64,000 bases of DNA from Thermoplasmatota archaeon (GTDB taxonomy: Archaea; Thermoplasmatota; Penumbrarchaeia; Penumbrarchaeales; Penumbrarchaeaceae), in contig JARVGK010000005.1 of assembly GCA_029762535.1 (NCBI GenBank), forward strand, positions 32,001 to 96,000. Direction: 5' to 3'. Every line of letters begins with the position of its first letter. The first letter of the stretch is position 1. Below, piece by piece: positions 1-9,695 of the stretch. The notes below the pieces were generated by a model that saw only the letters and a list, made by a program, of their open reading frames with translations, did not search any database and had not been told where the DNA came from. The position numbers were made by a program, and so were the translations under genes.

Positions 1-2
1 AT

Positions 3-242
3 CTGGCCAACGCATATGATACTCTCGGCGAGTTCAGAAAGGCCGTGAACGCCATGGACAAGGCACTGATAATAGAACCGAACAACGCGGAATACTGGTA
101 CAATAAAGGTGTGATACTCTACGAGAGGAACAAGCTCATAAGGGCCAAAGAGGCCTTCGACAAGGCCCTTTCGATCAATCCGAGGTTCAGGGAGGCCGCC
201 ATCGCAAGGGACGACATTCTCAAGGACCTCAGGGGCGGTTGA
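3..242 (+). CDS. Tetratricopeptide repeat protein (C-terminal part, truncated by window edge)
   Basis: Frame is open from position 3 (LANAYDTLGEFRKAVNAMDKALIIEPNNAEYWYNKG...), with typical TPR periodicity. Confidence 0.85.
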   Translation: MANAYDTLGEFRKAVNAMDKALIIEPNNAEYWYNKGVILYERNKLIRAKEAFDKALSINPRFREAAIARDDILKDLRGG

Positions 243-373
243 TAACCCACTGATGATCGAACCACCAAAGAGCGCTACTAAAGGATATCCATCCCATACG
301 ATCACGAGATGGGGGCATCGGTGTTTATCACAAGGCCGTGATCCGGCCCCGAATCACCTTCTTCGGGGTCCGA

Positions 374-2020
374 TCAAGGTTTGGAGTATTTCCCCTTCAT
401 ACCGCAGTTCGGACATACGATAAGCGCCGGCCTTACCGGGGTATCTATCGTTATTGGGGTCTTACATTTCGGGCACTTCACCTTTTTAGGTTTGTAGGCG
501 GTCTCCTCCTCGGGTGCGGGAGCCGGTTTCTTGACCATGAAATCGTCCACTATGTCATCGTCTTGAGCAGGTTCGGGCCTTCTCTTCTTCCTCTTTGGCC
601 TGGCGTCCTCTTCCTCCTCATCGTCTTCGATTACCATGGCCTTCTTCTTTTTCTTCTTGATCCTGAGCGGCGTCTCCTCTTCATCGTCATCTAACAAAAC
701 GGCCTTCTTCTTTGGTTTGACTTCCAGAGCGTCATCTTCCGAGGTCTCCTCCATCTTTCTGGATGGGGGCTTGTAACCTCTGGTCTGTTCCTCCAGTACC
801 TCAATGGTTTCCTTGAGTCGGTGGACCTCGCGCTGGTGCTCATCGATGGAAATGTATTTTTCTCGATTGACCTCGAAGTCGCTCATCTCCTCTCTGAGGT
901 TGGATTTCTCCTTGTTGATCATCGACAGTTCCTGATTGAGCTCTTCCTCCTTGTCCAGGATCCTTGCCTTATCCCTTTCGAAGAGCCTTTTCTCGGTCTC
1001 GAAATCCTTTTCCTGAGATTTAAGATCGTCCCTGAGCCTGTCCAGGTCCATCTTCTCTTTCCTGAGCTCTTCCTTCTCATCGTTGAGGGCCTCTTCGGCC
1101 TTCTCGAGCGTTTCCTCTTTCCTCTCTAGCTTCTCCTCCCAACTCTTGAGTCTGTCCTTCTCCCTGGAGTATTCCATGAATTCTACCCGGAACTTGTTGT
1201 TCCTCTCGAGGAACTCATCCATCTGGGTCTGGAGATCCTTTTCCTTTTGTTTGAACTCCTCAATATCCTTCTCGAAGAGGGACCTCTTCCTATCAACGGC
1301 ATCGGCCTCCCTCTGAAGCATGGCTTTTTCCTTCTCCATTTTCGCCAGACGATCGTTGAGGTCCCCCTCCATCTTCTTCACTCGGCTCTTGTCCTCGAAG
1401 AATTGGGCCTCCCTGCCCTCGAGAACTGAGCGGTCCTTTTCCACTTTGGCCCTCTCGCGCTCTATTTCCGCCTTCTGGGAATCGAAGGTGAGGAGTTGTG
1501 TCTCCATCTCTTTCTTGAGCTTCAGGAAATCGTCCCTCTCCTTCTCAAGACCCCTGATCTCGGAGAGGAGCTGTTCTCTCCTGTCCATGAGCTCTTTTCG
1601 GTCCGAGTTGAGTCTGCTCTCCTTGATCTCGAGGTCCGAGCGCTGTCTGACGATATCTTCGAGGCTCACTCTGACGAAACCCTCCATAAGGTCCAGGAGC
1701 TTTTTTTCCCCTTCGATAAGGTCCTTTCTGGTCGTCGTTAGCCTGTCGTATGTGGATTCGATATCCTCTTTTCGGGCTAGGACCTTGTTGACCTCCTCAT
1801 CAACCTTGTATTTCGCGAAGTCGGTCTCCTCCTCCTTCTTTTCGGCAGCCTTCTTATTGGGTTTTGCCTCGAATTCTTCTTCGAGATCCTCCTCAATGAC
1901 CACCTTTTTCTTGGGAGCGATCACGATATCCTCATCATCGTCCTCGAACAGTACTTTTGGCGCCTTTTTCCTGGTCACCTTTTCATCATCGGCCCATTTC
2001 ACATTGGCTTTCTTCGGCAT
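374..2020 (-). CDS. Long coiled-coil protein with charged low-complexity ends and a C-terminal zinc ribbon
   Basis: About 350 aa of E/K/R-rich heptads; C-terminal CPKC...CPNC. Start placed at ATG 2020/2023 after a GGGGTGAT SD; the ORF track extends to 2074. Confidence 0.8.
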   Translation of the reverse strand: MPKKANVKWADDEKVTRKKAPKVLFEDDDEDIVIAPKKKVVIEEDLEEEFEAKPNKKAAEKKEEETDFAKYKVDEEVNKVLARKEDIESTYDRLTTTRKDLIEGEKKLLDLMEGFVRVSLEDIVRQRSDLEIKESRLNSDRKELMDRREQLLSEIRGLEKERDDFLKLKKEMETQLLTFDSQKAEIERERAKVEKDRSVLEGREAQFFEDKSRVKKMEGDLNDRLAKMEKEKAMLQREADAVDRKRSLFEKDIEEFKQKEKDLQTQMDEFLERNNKFRVEFMEYSREKDRLKSWEEKLERKEETLEKAEEALNDEKEELRKEKMDLDRLRDDLKSQEKDFETEKRLFERDKARILDKEEELNQELSMINKEKSNLREEMSDFEVNREKYISIDEHQREVHRLKETIEVLEEQTRGYKPPSRKMEETSEDDALEVKPKKKAVLLDDDEEETPLRIKKKKKKAMVIEDDEEEEDARPKRKKRRPEPAQDDDIVDDFMVKKPAPAPEEETAYKPKKVKCPKCKTPITIDTPVRPALIVCPNCGMKGKYSKP

Positions 2021-2138
2021 CATATCACCCCATAGAGCTTGATTCTTCTCATTTGCGACTTCATGATCCTGCAAGGGAACCTCATTACTTCATATATCTA
2101 ATTTTCCTGCATCGTTCCATCTATAGGTATATAGAAAA

Positions 2139-5100
2139 ATGTTTTTCCTACGGCGCCATAACATGTCATGTATCGGGGTGTCGAAGGTAATGGATCGGGT
2201 CGAGGATGGGAATAATTCATTCGTAGAAGAGGACCAATCTGAGGGAGCGGGCCATACTGACGCAGAGGATGATATTCGTGTCAGGACCCGGTTACGTCCA
2301 TTGATGGACGATAAGGACGGGACGGTTGTTCTCGGAAGGAGCGAATCCGCTCATAGAAGATGGAGAAGGAAGGCCACTCTGGATATTGGTAAGGTCGGAG
2401 AACATCAGGATGAGGGGGTGGACCTTTTCTCAAGGCGCGTCCTGATAGATGCTGCCTTCCCCCATATAATCTTTATATGTGGAAAGAGGGGAAGCGGAAA
2501 ATCATATACGCTCGGTCTTTTCGCCGAAGAACTCGCCCGCTCTTGTATAGGGGTTGGAGTTGTTCTCGTGGATCCGATCGGGATCTTCTGGTCATTGAAA
2601 AAGGAGAACGAAAATACAAGAGAGATCAAGAAACTGAAGGAATGGGGGCTATCCCCGCATTCTTTCCCCGAGGTCAGGGTATTGGTCCCGGGAAAGCCTG
2701 AATCCCTCGCCCTCGGTGCAGCCGACGGTCCTTTCACTATTGGCGTTGGGGAGATGACGGCGGAGGACTGGTGTCAGATCTTCGATATGGACCGGTTCAA
2801 GACCCAGGGTCTTCTCATCGGTGCTGCCATAGACATGGTGAGATCCGGTTACAAGGCGATCAGGGACGGTAGGATAGTGAGCATATCGGGAAAAGCGGAC
2901 AGGTATTCCCTTGGGGATCTTGTCAACTGTATCAGGTCATCCGTGACCCTGACGAGCAAGGAGGGCGGATTCACGCCGCAGACTAGGCGTTCGCTGATCG
3001 CGAGGTTCAATGCCGCCGGGAGTTGGGGAATATTCAGTATAGATGGAACGCCACTGAACGACGTCACCTCTCCGAACAGGGTCACGGTCGTTGATATCAG
3101 CGATCCGAACCTGGGCGATGACAAACGCAGCCTTATAACCGGGGTTATCGCCCGAAAGATCCTGTCGGCGAGGATATACAGCGCCAGACAGGAGGATCAT
3201 GAGGGTTACGACGAATCGGAACCCGATCATATACCAGTTACATGGTTGATGATAGATGAGGCTCATGTGATACTGCCCCACAACAGGCAGACACCCGCTA
3301 CAGAAGCTCTCGTGGAATACGCGAAACAGGGGAGAAGGCCGGGCTGCGCTCTCGTGCTGGCCACCCAGAGGCCGGCTTCAACAAGCGACGAGATCCTTTC
3401 GCAGGTGGACATTCTGATCGGGCATAATCTGGCTTTGGAAGATGATATGAGCGCCCTTAGAAGAAGGGTCCCCGCCAAACTGCCACCCGAATTCGCGAAC
3501 TCCGACTTCATAAGGGCCATTCCGGTAGGTACCGCCATAGTGGCTGATCAAAGGACCCAGCAAAGGGCCTTCCTAATGGGCTTGAGGCCCAGGATGTCGC
3601 ATCACGCGGGAAGCTCGGCGATGCCTTCCGCATTATCGGACAGATCACAAAAGAAGGTCTCGATGCCAATGAGCGCCACCCGTTCTAATTTCGAGGACCC
3701 TTCTGCCATAATGCGGCCTACCGACGGTTTCCTTATCGAGGATCCATCGGCGGAGGAGGGGGTCGATTTAGATCGTGTGTATGGTGACCCCAAACAACCC
3801 ATAAATGTCCAAGAAATGACGGAGGGGGTCTCAAAAACCAATCATTTACACGCTGTGCAGGATGGGAACACCATACTCATAATTACTGGAGATCCGGGGC
3901 AAATTGTGCTGATGTCGCGTGATAAATGGACAGAAAGAGGGTTCGTTCTTATATCGAGGATCCATCCGAGCAGATATCCCAACATCGATAGGGTCCGTCC
4001 CGAAAGGACATTCTGGCTATCCTCCACCCCGTCGGAGATTTCTTCGCCGCCAAATGATATCCAGGACCTCCTGATGGACCTTGGAAGGATACTCGAGACC
4101 AAAGAAAGGAGGATCCTCGTCTTCGACGGCCTCGAGACCCTGTTCGTGGAGAACGAGCACAGATCAGTGATCAGGTTCCTGCAGGCGCTCAGGGAAAAGG
4201 TCTTTCTTGGAGGTCATGTGATGCTGGTCAGGGCCGACAGCAGCCTTCCCTCACTGATAAGGGAAAACATATCCAGGGAGATGGACGCAGTAATTGAACT
4301 CTCTTCGAACGAAGAAGAACAAGAGGACACTAGCTCTTCGAAACAGGAAGACAAGGTGCCAATAACAGAGAAAGGATTGGAAGGGGGAACGATAATTGGC
4401 CATGGATCCCTGAGCGCGGAAGAGCTAAGGGAGATGTGCAGGATAATGGGTCTATCCGATAAAGGTGATGAGAAGGAGATGTTGGATAGGATCATCGACT
4501 CCGGAGAGAGGGAAGGTCTGATATCGGGTAAGGAGAAGTCAGCGGATATATCAAAAATGATATCGGACCTCTCTCGCATCAGCCGTGAGAACATAGAACT
4601 GCGTGAAAAGGTCTCCGTAATGGAGAGGAAGGTCAAGGGCGCTTCCACCAAAAAGAAGGTTTCACCTTCGAAGAACGGGTCGAAAAGGAAAAGGCTCCAG
4701 GTGGTCTGGGAGGACGATGACAAGACCTCATTGAACGATATGCGTTCGGCCATCAACTCGTTGTCAGACGAGTTATCCAAGCTGAAAATGGAGCTAAAGA
4801 AAAAGGAGGTAGAGGCGAGGTTATCGAAGGACACTGTGCAGGGAAAGGAGGAGGTCATTGAAGGATACATGAAGGCGCTTGAACAACAAAGGTCTCAAAG
4901 CATGGAAAGGATATCTGAGCTCGAAGACCTGCTTAAGCAGGCGATGACGCGGCTCGATACAGGGCCGGATAAGAAAGTCGCCCAATCTTTAGGATCCAAA
5001 CACCCTATCACGAAAACACAGGATAAAGTATCGATCACCAAGGCGTTGAACTCCACTTCGGACATCGCGGAAAAGAGTAGGAAGCTGAAAGTCGTGAAAC

Positions 5101-5858
5101 AGAAAGACCGTTGTGTGATCATCTCTGGAAGGGTGTCGCCGGAAAAGGCTGCCCTATCCGTAAAAAAGACGCTAAAAAGGACGCTACTCAGGGGGCCATT
5201 GGAACGAATCGTCGAAATTTGGCCTGCATATATTCCACTCTTCAGGTGCCTGGTGACATACAGGACCGGTTTCATGATGAAACTTCGAACGGGTGACGTT
5301 TTCATAGATCCCCTAACATCACAAGAGGTGAGATCCTCCTCTTCTGGGATGAGGAGGTCAAAGGGAACGACTCAATTGATGGCGTTGACCCCAATGGAAA
5401 GAAGGTGCTTCAATGCTTTCGGAAGGGCGCTCATCGACGAAACCAAGATAATGGGGAGGTCCGGCCTAAACAGGTCACAAGTGAAGAGGGCCCTGAATTC
5501 GATGGAGAAGAAAGGCGTCATCGAGAAGAGAACGCTCGAAGACAGCATTTCCTCATACCGTATATCTAAGGGTCTCAGTATTGATCCAGAACCGTGGAAG
5601 AGAAGTAGCGATTGGATAATGGAGACGACCGATTGCATAGGCGAAAAGGTCCTGAGTTCCGGAATGGATGAGAAGGCCGCGAGAGCTCTTTTTGGAATAA
5701 TATGGCCCGGTGCGAAAATAACTGAGGTCGATATCGTCCATTATCCCATTTACATCGCTAAGATCGAGGGAGAGGGCAGACTGAGATACTGCATCGTCGA
5801 TGCGGTATCCGGGACCGTGGACGAGGATCTGACAACCAGGTCGAGAAACATCATTTGA
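2139..5858 (+). CDS. HerA/DUF87-family P-loop ATPase fused to DUF835-like, SAP-like, coiled-coil and winged-helix regions
   Basis: Walker A GKRGSGKS, VDPIG, Walker B MIDEAH, QGRRPG, ATQRP; later ILVFDGLETL (DUF835-like). True start may be 2163 or 2190. Confidence 0.85.
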   Translation: MFFLRRHNMSCIGVSKVMDRVEDGNNSFVEEDQSEGAGHTDAEDDIRVRTRLRPLMDDKDGTVVLGRSESAHRRWRRKATLDIGKVGEHQDEGVDLFSRRVLIDAAFPHIIFICGKRGSGKSYTLGLFAEELARSCIGVGVVLVDPIGIFWSLKKENENTREIKKLKEWGLSPHSFPEVRVLVPGKPESLALGAADGPFTIGVGEMTAEDWCQIFDMDRFKTQGLLIGAAIDMVRSGYKAIRDGRIVSISGKADRYSLGDLVNCIRSSVTLTSKEGGFTPQTRRSLIARFNAAGSWGIFSIDGTPLNDVTSPNRVTVVDISDPNLGDDKRSLITGVIARKILSARIYSARQEDHEGYDESEPDHIPVTWLMIDEAHVILPHNRQTPATEALVEYAKQGRRPGCALVLATQRPASTSDEILSQVDILIGHNLALEDDMSALRRRVPAKLPPEFANSDFIRAIPVGTAIVADQRTQQRAFLMGLRPRMSHHAGSSAMPSALSDRSQKKVSMPMSATRSNFEDPSAIMRPTDGFLIEDPSAEEGVDLDRVYGDPKQPINVQEMTEGVSKTNHLHAVQDGNTILIITGDPGQIVLMSRDKWTERGFVLISRIHPSRYPNIDRVRPERTFWLSSTPSEISSPPNDIQDLLMDLGRILETKERRILVFDGLETLFVENEHRSVIRFLQALREKVFLGGHVMLVRADSSLPSLIRENISREMDAVIELSSNEEEQEDTSSSKQEDKVPITEKGLEGGTIIGHGSLSAEELREMCRIMGLSDKGDEKEMLDRIIDSGEREGLISGKEKSADISKMISDLSRISRENIELREKVSVMERKVKGASTKKKVSPSKNGSKRKRLQVVWEDDDKTSLNDMRSAINSLSDELSKLKMELKKKEVEARLSKDTVQGKEEVIEGYMKALEQQRSQSMERISELEDLLKQAMTRLDTGPDKKVAQSLGSKHPITKTQDKVSITKALNSTSDIAEKSRKLKVVKQKDRCVIISGRVSPEKAALSVKKTLKRTLLRGPLERIVEIWPAYIPLFRCLVTYRTGFMMKLRTGDVFIDPLTSQEVRSSSSGMRRSKGTTQLMALTPMERRCFNAFGRALIDETKIMGRSGLNRSQVKRALNSMEKKGVIEKRTLEDSISSYRISKGLSIDPEPWKRSSDWIMETTDCIGEKVLSSGMDEKAARALFGIIWPGAKITEVDIVHYPIYIAKIEGEGRLRYCIVDAVSGTVDEDLTTRSRNII

Positions 5859-5935
5859 ACGTTAAGCGATATGGCATTTATGGAAAGTATATTATGCGTT
5901 CGCGCATTGCCTAAAAAATCATAGCGGGTGTAAGC

Positions 5936-6793
5936 TTGGCAAGAAGGAGAACGGTCAAGGACGAAGAAGGGCCAAAGGCTGAGGAGCCTCTTTTCAAGAT
6001 GCCCGAATTCGACGAGACCGAGTTCCTGCAGACGGAGAACAGGAACGCGAAGATGATATACATCACACTTGGTATGGCCCTTCTTGCGGGGATCATATCC
6101 TTTATCATAATGAGGATCGCCCATTATCTGAAGTTAGAATTATTCATGATCATCCCGATAGCGGCTCCGATATTACTTGCAGGTGGTGTGTTTTTCCTCT
6201 TCTTCAAGTTCGGAATAGATGTCTCTTCATTGGATTGGAAGAAATGGCTCGAGAACGGGGCAATGTACGTGATAACGTGGGGAGCGGTTTGGATACTGAG
6301 CATGAACCCTCCATTCAGCGATCTATCCGAACCGGTCATAAGCGATCCGGTGCTCTTCGTGGTGGACATCGATGGAGTGCCTGTGACCCATCTGAACCAA
6401 ACGCCATCCGTCGTTAGGGACGTGAAGGAGTTGAGCTACTTCTTCCTGATAACGGACAACTCCGGAAGTTACGATGCTAGGATAGAGGTCTATATTTTAG
6501 AAGGCGAACGTAGGAACAATATCGACGATACATCTGGTATAAAGGTTACGAAGATCGCTGTCGCCGATAATCGGACTTTCAATATAACGTCGAAGGATTC
6601 AGATATAATCGATATGAAGAACGGATGGTATGGTTCGGATTTCGAAAGATGGGAGGGCAACCTGCAAATGATTAGGATCTCGAACATCACCGCATCGACG
6701 GCCGATATTGATCTTTTGATAATCGTTACCGTTTCGGACCCATCCGGGAACGAGGCCAAAAGGGAATTCCGACTGGATCTGAAGAACAGATGA
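5936..6793 (+). CDS. Conserved hypothetical membrane protein (three TM helices plus extracellular domain)
   Basis: PEFDETEFL N-terminal motif, three hydrophobic segments, NPPFSD, then a soluble C-terminal region. Confidence 0.7.
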   Translation: MARRRTVKDEEGPKAEEPLFKMPEFDETEFLQTENRNAKMIYITLGMALLAGIISFIIMRIAHYLKLELFMIIPIAAPILLAGGVFFLFFKFGIDVSSLDWKKWLENGAMYVITWGAVWILSMNPPFSDLSEPVISDPVLFVVDIDGVPVTHLNQTPSVVRDVKELSYFFLITDNSGSYDARIEVYILEGERRNNIDDTSGIKVTKIAVADNRTFNITSKDSDIIDMKNGWYGSDFERWEGNLQMIRISNITASTADIDLLIIVTVSDPSGNEAKREFRLDLKNR

Positions 6794-6856
6794 TGCGAAT
6801 ATGCCCAAAAATTATAACTAAGGAACCGTACAATCGGAAGGTGGCCAGGATCCGGA

Positions 6857-8485
6857 GTGTTTCAAATGCCAAAGCTGATCGAGGACGATTTCTCCGTATG
6901 GGATGACGATGAAGAGATGGACGAGGATGAGTCCAAGGTCGAAAGTACTGATAGGGATGGTATTGAAAACAGCAAACGCTCGGAGAGGAATGGAAGAGGA
7001 AAGTCAGAGAAAGGTTTGAGAGAGGATCGAAAAAAGGAGGCGCGGAGCGATCGAGGACCCAAGTCGAGAACCGGGAAGAGTAAAGGGAAGGATCGGGAAG
7101 GGTCAGGATCGAGAGATGGGTCGAGGCCCCATTCACCACTTGGTAACAAAGGTAAGGCATCCAAGGGTTTTCTGAGAAGCAAACCCTTCATATGGACAAT
7201 GAGGGTGATAACGGTACTGATCGTATTGGCGATCCTCTTCCTCCCTTTCAAACCTCTGAGCGATGCTAGAGAGGATGTCGGCTTGAACAAGCTGAGGAAC
7301 CTCATGAGGCCGTTCAGGGACTTCCCAGAGATGGTCAACGTAACCTTCTCCGTCCGATATGATGTGAAGATAAGCAGCGGAACCGCAGATATGGTCCGTA
7401 TAAAGACATCGATACCCTTTGATATTTTGGACGGAAGGGACGATTTCAAGATACAGGACGTTACTGATGTTGTCCTCACGCCCTCTCCGACTTCTCCTCT
7501 CCCTGATTATAACGAACAAAAGAACAACATCAACATGTGGGAACTGAGGAACCAGCGAGGTGATTTCAGTTTCACAGCACAGTACTCCGCTTTGCTGTAT
7601 ACTTATCAATGGAACATAGATGATGAAGACAGCGGGACGATCGAGGACATCCCGCAAACATACAAGGACAATTACCTCGACGATGAATGGATCGTAAAGG
7701 ACAGCAACGGCGATATCATCGACAAGGACGGGGACGGCCGTCCGGACCTTTACAGGTACCATCCATCCCATCCAACGGTCAAGAACGCCGCTGTCCAGAT
7801 TACGAAGGACAAGAATACCGTTTACGGAAAAGTAAAGGCCATATACGACTGGATGCAGGAGCATTTCAACTATACGACCAACGAACAGAAACAGCGTGAC
7901 CTTCAGGTATACGGCTCCTACCCGAAATACCCGATTGGATGTATGAACGATTGGTACGGCGATTGCGACGACCAATCGCTTTTGATGGCCTCTCTCTGCC
8001 GCGCAGTGGGGATCCCGGCATGGTTGGAGATAGGTTATCTTTATGATCCCATGCAAGGCAGCTGGGGAGGTCATGGGTGGTTCAATGTGATAATCCCGTT
8101 GAAAGGTTCCGGTAGCGTCATTGCTCCGATAGATCCGGTCAACCATGAGTTCCTATTCAGGGACCCCTACCGACTAACCGATTGGATAGATACGGGGCGT
8201 GATATCATAGATGACGAGGGAGAGCTGATCTTCAACCTCGATTACTATTATAACTTCTTCAAGGTCAGGAAGAGCAGCTCCGTCGATGTGGATGTGAGGA
8301 TGACCACGAACTCTATCAACTACGAGAAACGCGGAAGCATACGGCAGTATGTCGATCAAAAGCTCGAGCCGGGAAATATTCCGGGAACGGAAGGAGGAAT
8401 GGGCTCCCTGCCCTTCCCATTGATCACTATAGCGATCCCCGCCTTGCTTCCTATTGTTCGCAAGAGAAAACGGCTTTCATACTAA
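6857..8485 (+). CDS. Transglutaminase-like (papain-fold) membrane-anchored protein
   Basis: Catalytic triad motifs GDCDD, GHGW, PIDP; LCRAVGIPA; N-terminal TM and C-terminal hydrophobic plus basic tail. Likely start 6866. Confidence 0.85.
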   Translation: MFQMPKLIEDDFSVWDDDEEMDEDESKVESTDRDGIENSKRSERNGRGKSEKGLREDRKKEARSDRGPKSRTGKSKGKDREGSGSRDGSRPHSPLGNKGKASKGFLRSKPFIWTMRVITVLIVLAILFLPFKPLSDAREDVGLNKLRNLMRPFRDFPEMVNVTFSVRYDVKISSGTADMVRIKTSIPFDILDGRDDFKIQDVTDVVLTPSPTSPLPDYNEQKNNINMWELRNQRGDFSFTAQYSALLYTYQWNIDDEDSGTIEDIPQTYKDNYLDDEWIVKDSNGDIIDKDGDGRPDLYRYHPSHPTVKNAAVQITKDKNTVYGKVKAIYDWMQEHFNYTTNEQKQRDLQVYGSYPKYPIGCMNDWYGDCDDQSLLMASLCRAVGIPAWLEIGYLYDPMQGSWGGHGWFNVIIPLKGSGSVIAPIDPVNHEFLFRDPYRLTDWIDTGRDIIDDEGELIFNLDYYYNFFKVRKSSSVDVDVRMTTNSINYEKRGSIRQYVDQKLEPGNIPGTEGGMGSLPFPLITIAIPALLPIVRKRKRLSY

Positions 8486-8517
8486 AGACTTAAATCGGAC
8501 CAAAATACTTCGCGGAC

Positions 8518-9003
8518 ATGGAAAGGTACATAGAGATCGATGGCTGGAAGAGCCAGGTCACATTCTCGGCCTGCCACATGCTACTTCGTCATGACAAATG
8601 TTCGCGGCTTCATGGACACACCTACGCCATACATTTGCGGATAAAAGGCCTTCCGGGGGAGGACATGCTCGTCCTGGACTTCCATTTGATAAAGAACGCT
8701 ATAAGGGGGATCGCAAAGGAATTAGACCATATGACTCTCGTTCCGGGAGACAACTTAAGCGTCACTATCGAAAGGGGACATGGACAGAACATATCTATCG
8801 ACATGCTGGGGAAGGTCTATTCCATTCCCTCGGATGACGTTCTGGTCCTGCCTGTAAAGGCTACAACGGTAGAGGAGCTTTCGAGATATATTCTGGAGCT
8901 TTTCCTCGAACGTATACCTCTGCCGGAGGTGATCCATGAGGTGTCATTGGGAGTTGATGAAGGACACGGGCAGGGGGCTTGGGCGTCAATAAGATTAAGG
9001 TGA
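8518..9003 (+). CDS. queD: 6-carboxytetrahydropterin synthase
   Basis: FSACH, CSRLHGH, LDF, LDH, TTVEE motifs; directly upstream of queC and queE. Confidence 0.9.
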   Translation: MERYIEIDGWKSQVTFSACHMLLRHDKCSRLHGHTYAIHLRIKGLPGEDMLVLDFHLIKNAIRGIAKELDHMTLVPGDNLSVTIERGHGQNISIDMLGKVYSIPSDDVLVLPVKATTVEELSRYILELFLERIPLPEVIHEVSLGVDEGHGQGAWASIRLR

Positions 9004-9007
9004 TCCA

Positions 9008-9694
9008 TTGAGGGCCGTTGTTCTTTTGTCAGGTGGTATCGACTCTTCGACAACTCTCGCCGTTGCAAGGTATAGAGGTTACGATCCTTGTTGTCTTACG
9101 ATCCTGTACGGTCAGAAACATTCGAGGGAGATCGAGTCCGCAAAAAGCATTGCCCGACATCTTGGCGCATCCGATCATGTGATCATGGAGCTACCGGTGC
9201 AGTTGTTCTCCTGTTCATCACTGACCATGAAGGGGGATATACCACAGAGAATGGGTCCGGATGAGGTCCCGGGTGAAGGCGCCATACCGAACACCTATGT
9301 TCCCGGCCGGAACCTTGTATTCCTATCATTGGCCTGCTCTTGGGCCGAGAGCATCGGGGCAAAAGCCGTTTTCATAGGCGCCACTTCCGTGGACTATTCC
9401 GGATATCCTGATTGTAGAAGGGAATTCCTCGAGTCATTCGAGAGGACCGCCGCCCTGGCCACTCGTATTGGTACTGAGGGAGCACCTATACGTATCGAAG
9501 CCCCGCTCTTAGAGATGGATAAGGCCGCCATAATCAAGCTAGGGTACGAGCTCGGAGTGGACCTTTCGCTCACTTGGTCCTGCTACAGGGGCGGGAAAAA
9601 GGCATGTGGAAGATGTGACTCATGCATGTACAGGTTGAAGGGATTCAAGGAGGCGAGCCTTAACGACCCAATTCATTACGAGGAGATGATCTGA
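9008..9694 (+). CDS. queC: 7-cyano-7-deazaguanine synthase
   Basis: LSGGIDS PP-loop, YGQKH, TYVPGRN, YPDCR, SCY...CGRCDSC. Confidence 0.95.
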   Translation: MRAVVLLSGGIDSSTTLAVARYRGYDPCCLTILYGQKHSREIESAKSIARHLGASDHVIMELPVQLFSCSSLTMKGDIPQRMGPDEVPGEGAIPNTYVPGRNLVFLSLACSWAESIGAKAVFIGATSVDYSGYPDCRREFLESFERTAALATRIGTEGAPIRIEAPLLEMDKAAIIKLGYELGVDLSLTWSCYRGGKKACGRCDSCMYRLKGFKEASLNDPIHYEEMI

Positions 9695-9695
9695 A

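Noticed and set aside
241-329. Imperfect inverted repeat GATAACCCACTGATG/CATCGGTGTTTATC containing TGATGA (MITE or box C/D RNA)
   Set aside because: Single copy with weak pairing and no clear D box; it may only be a terminator between convergent genes.
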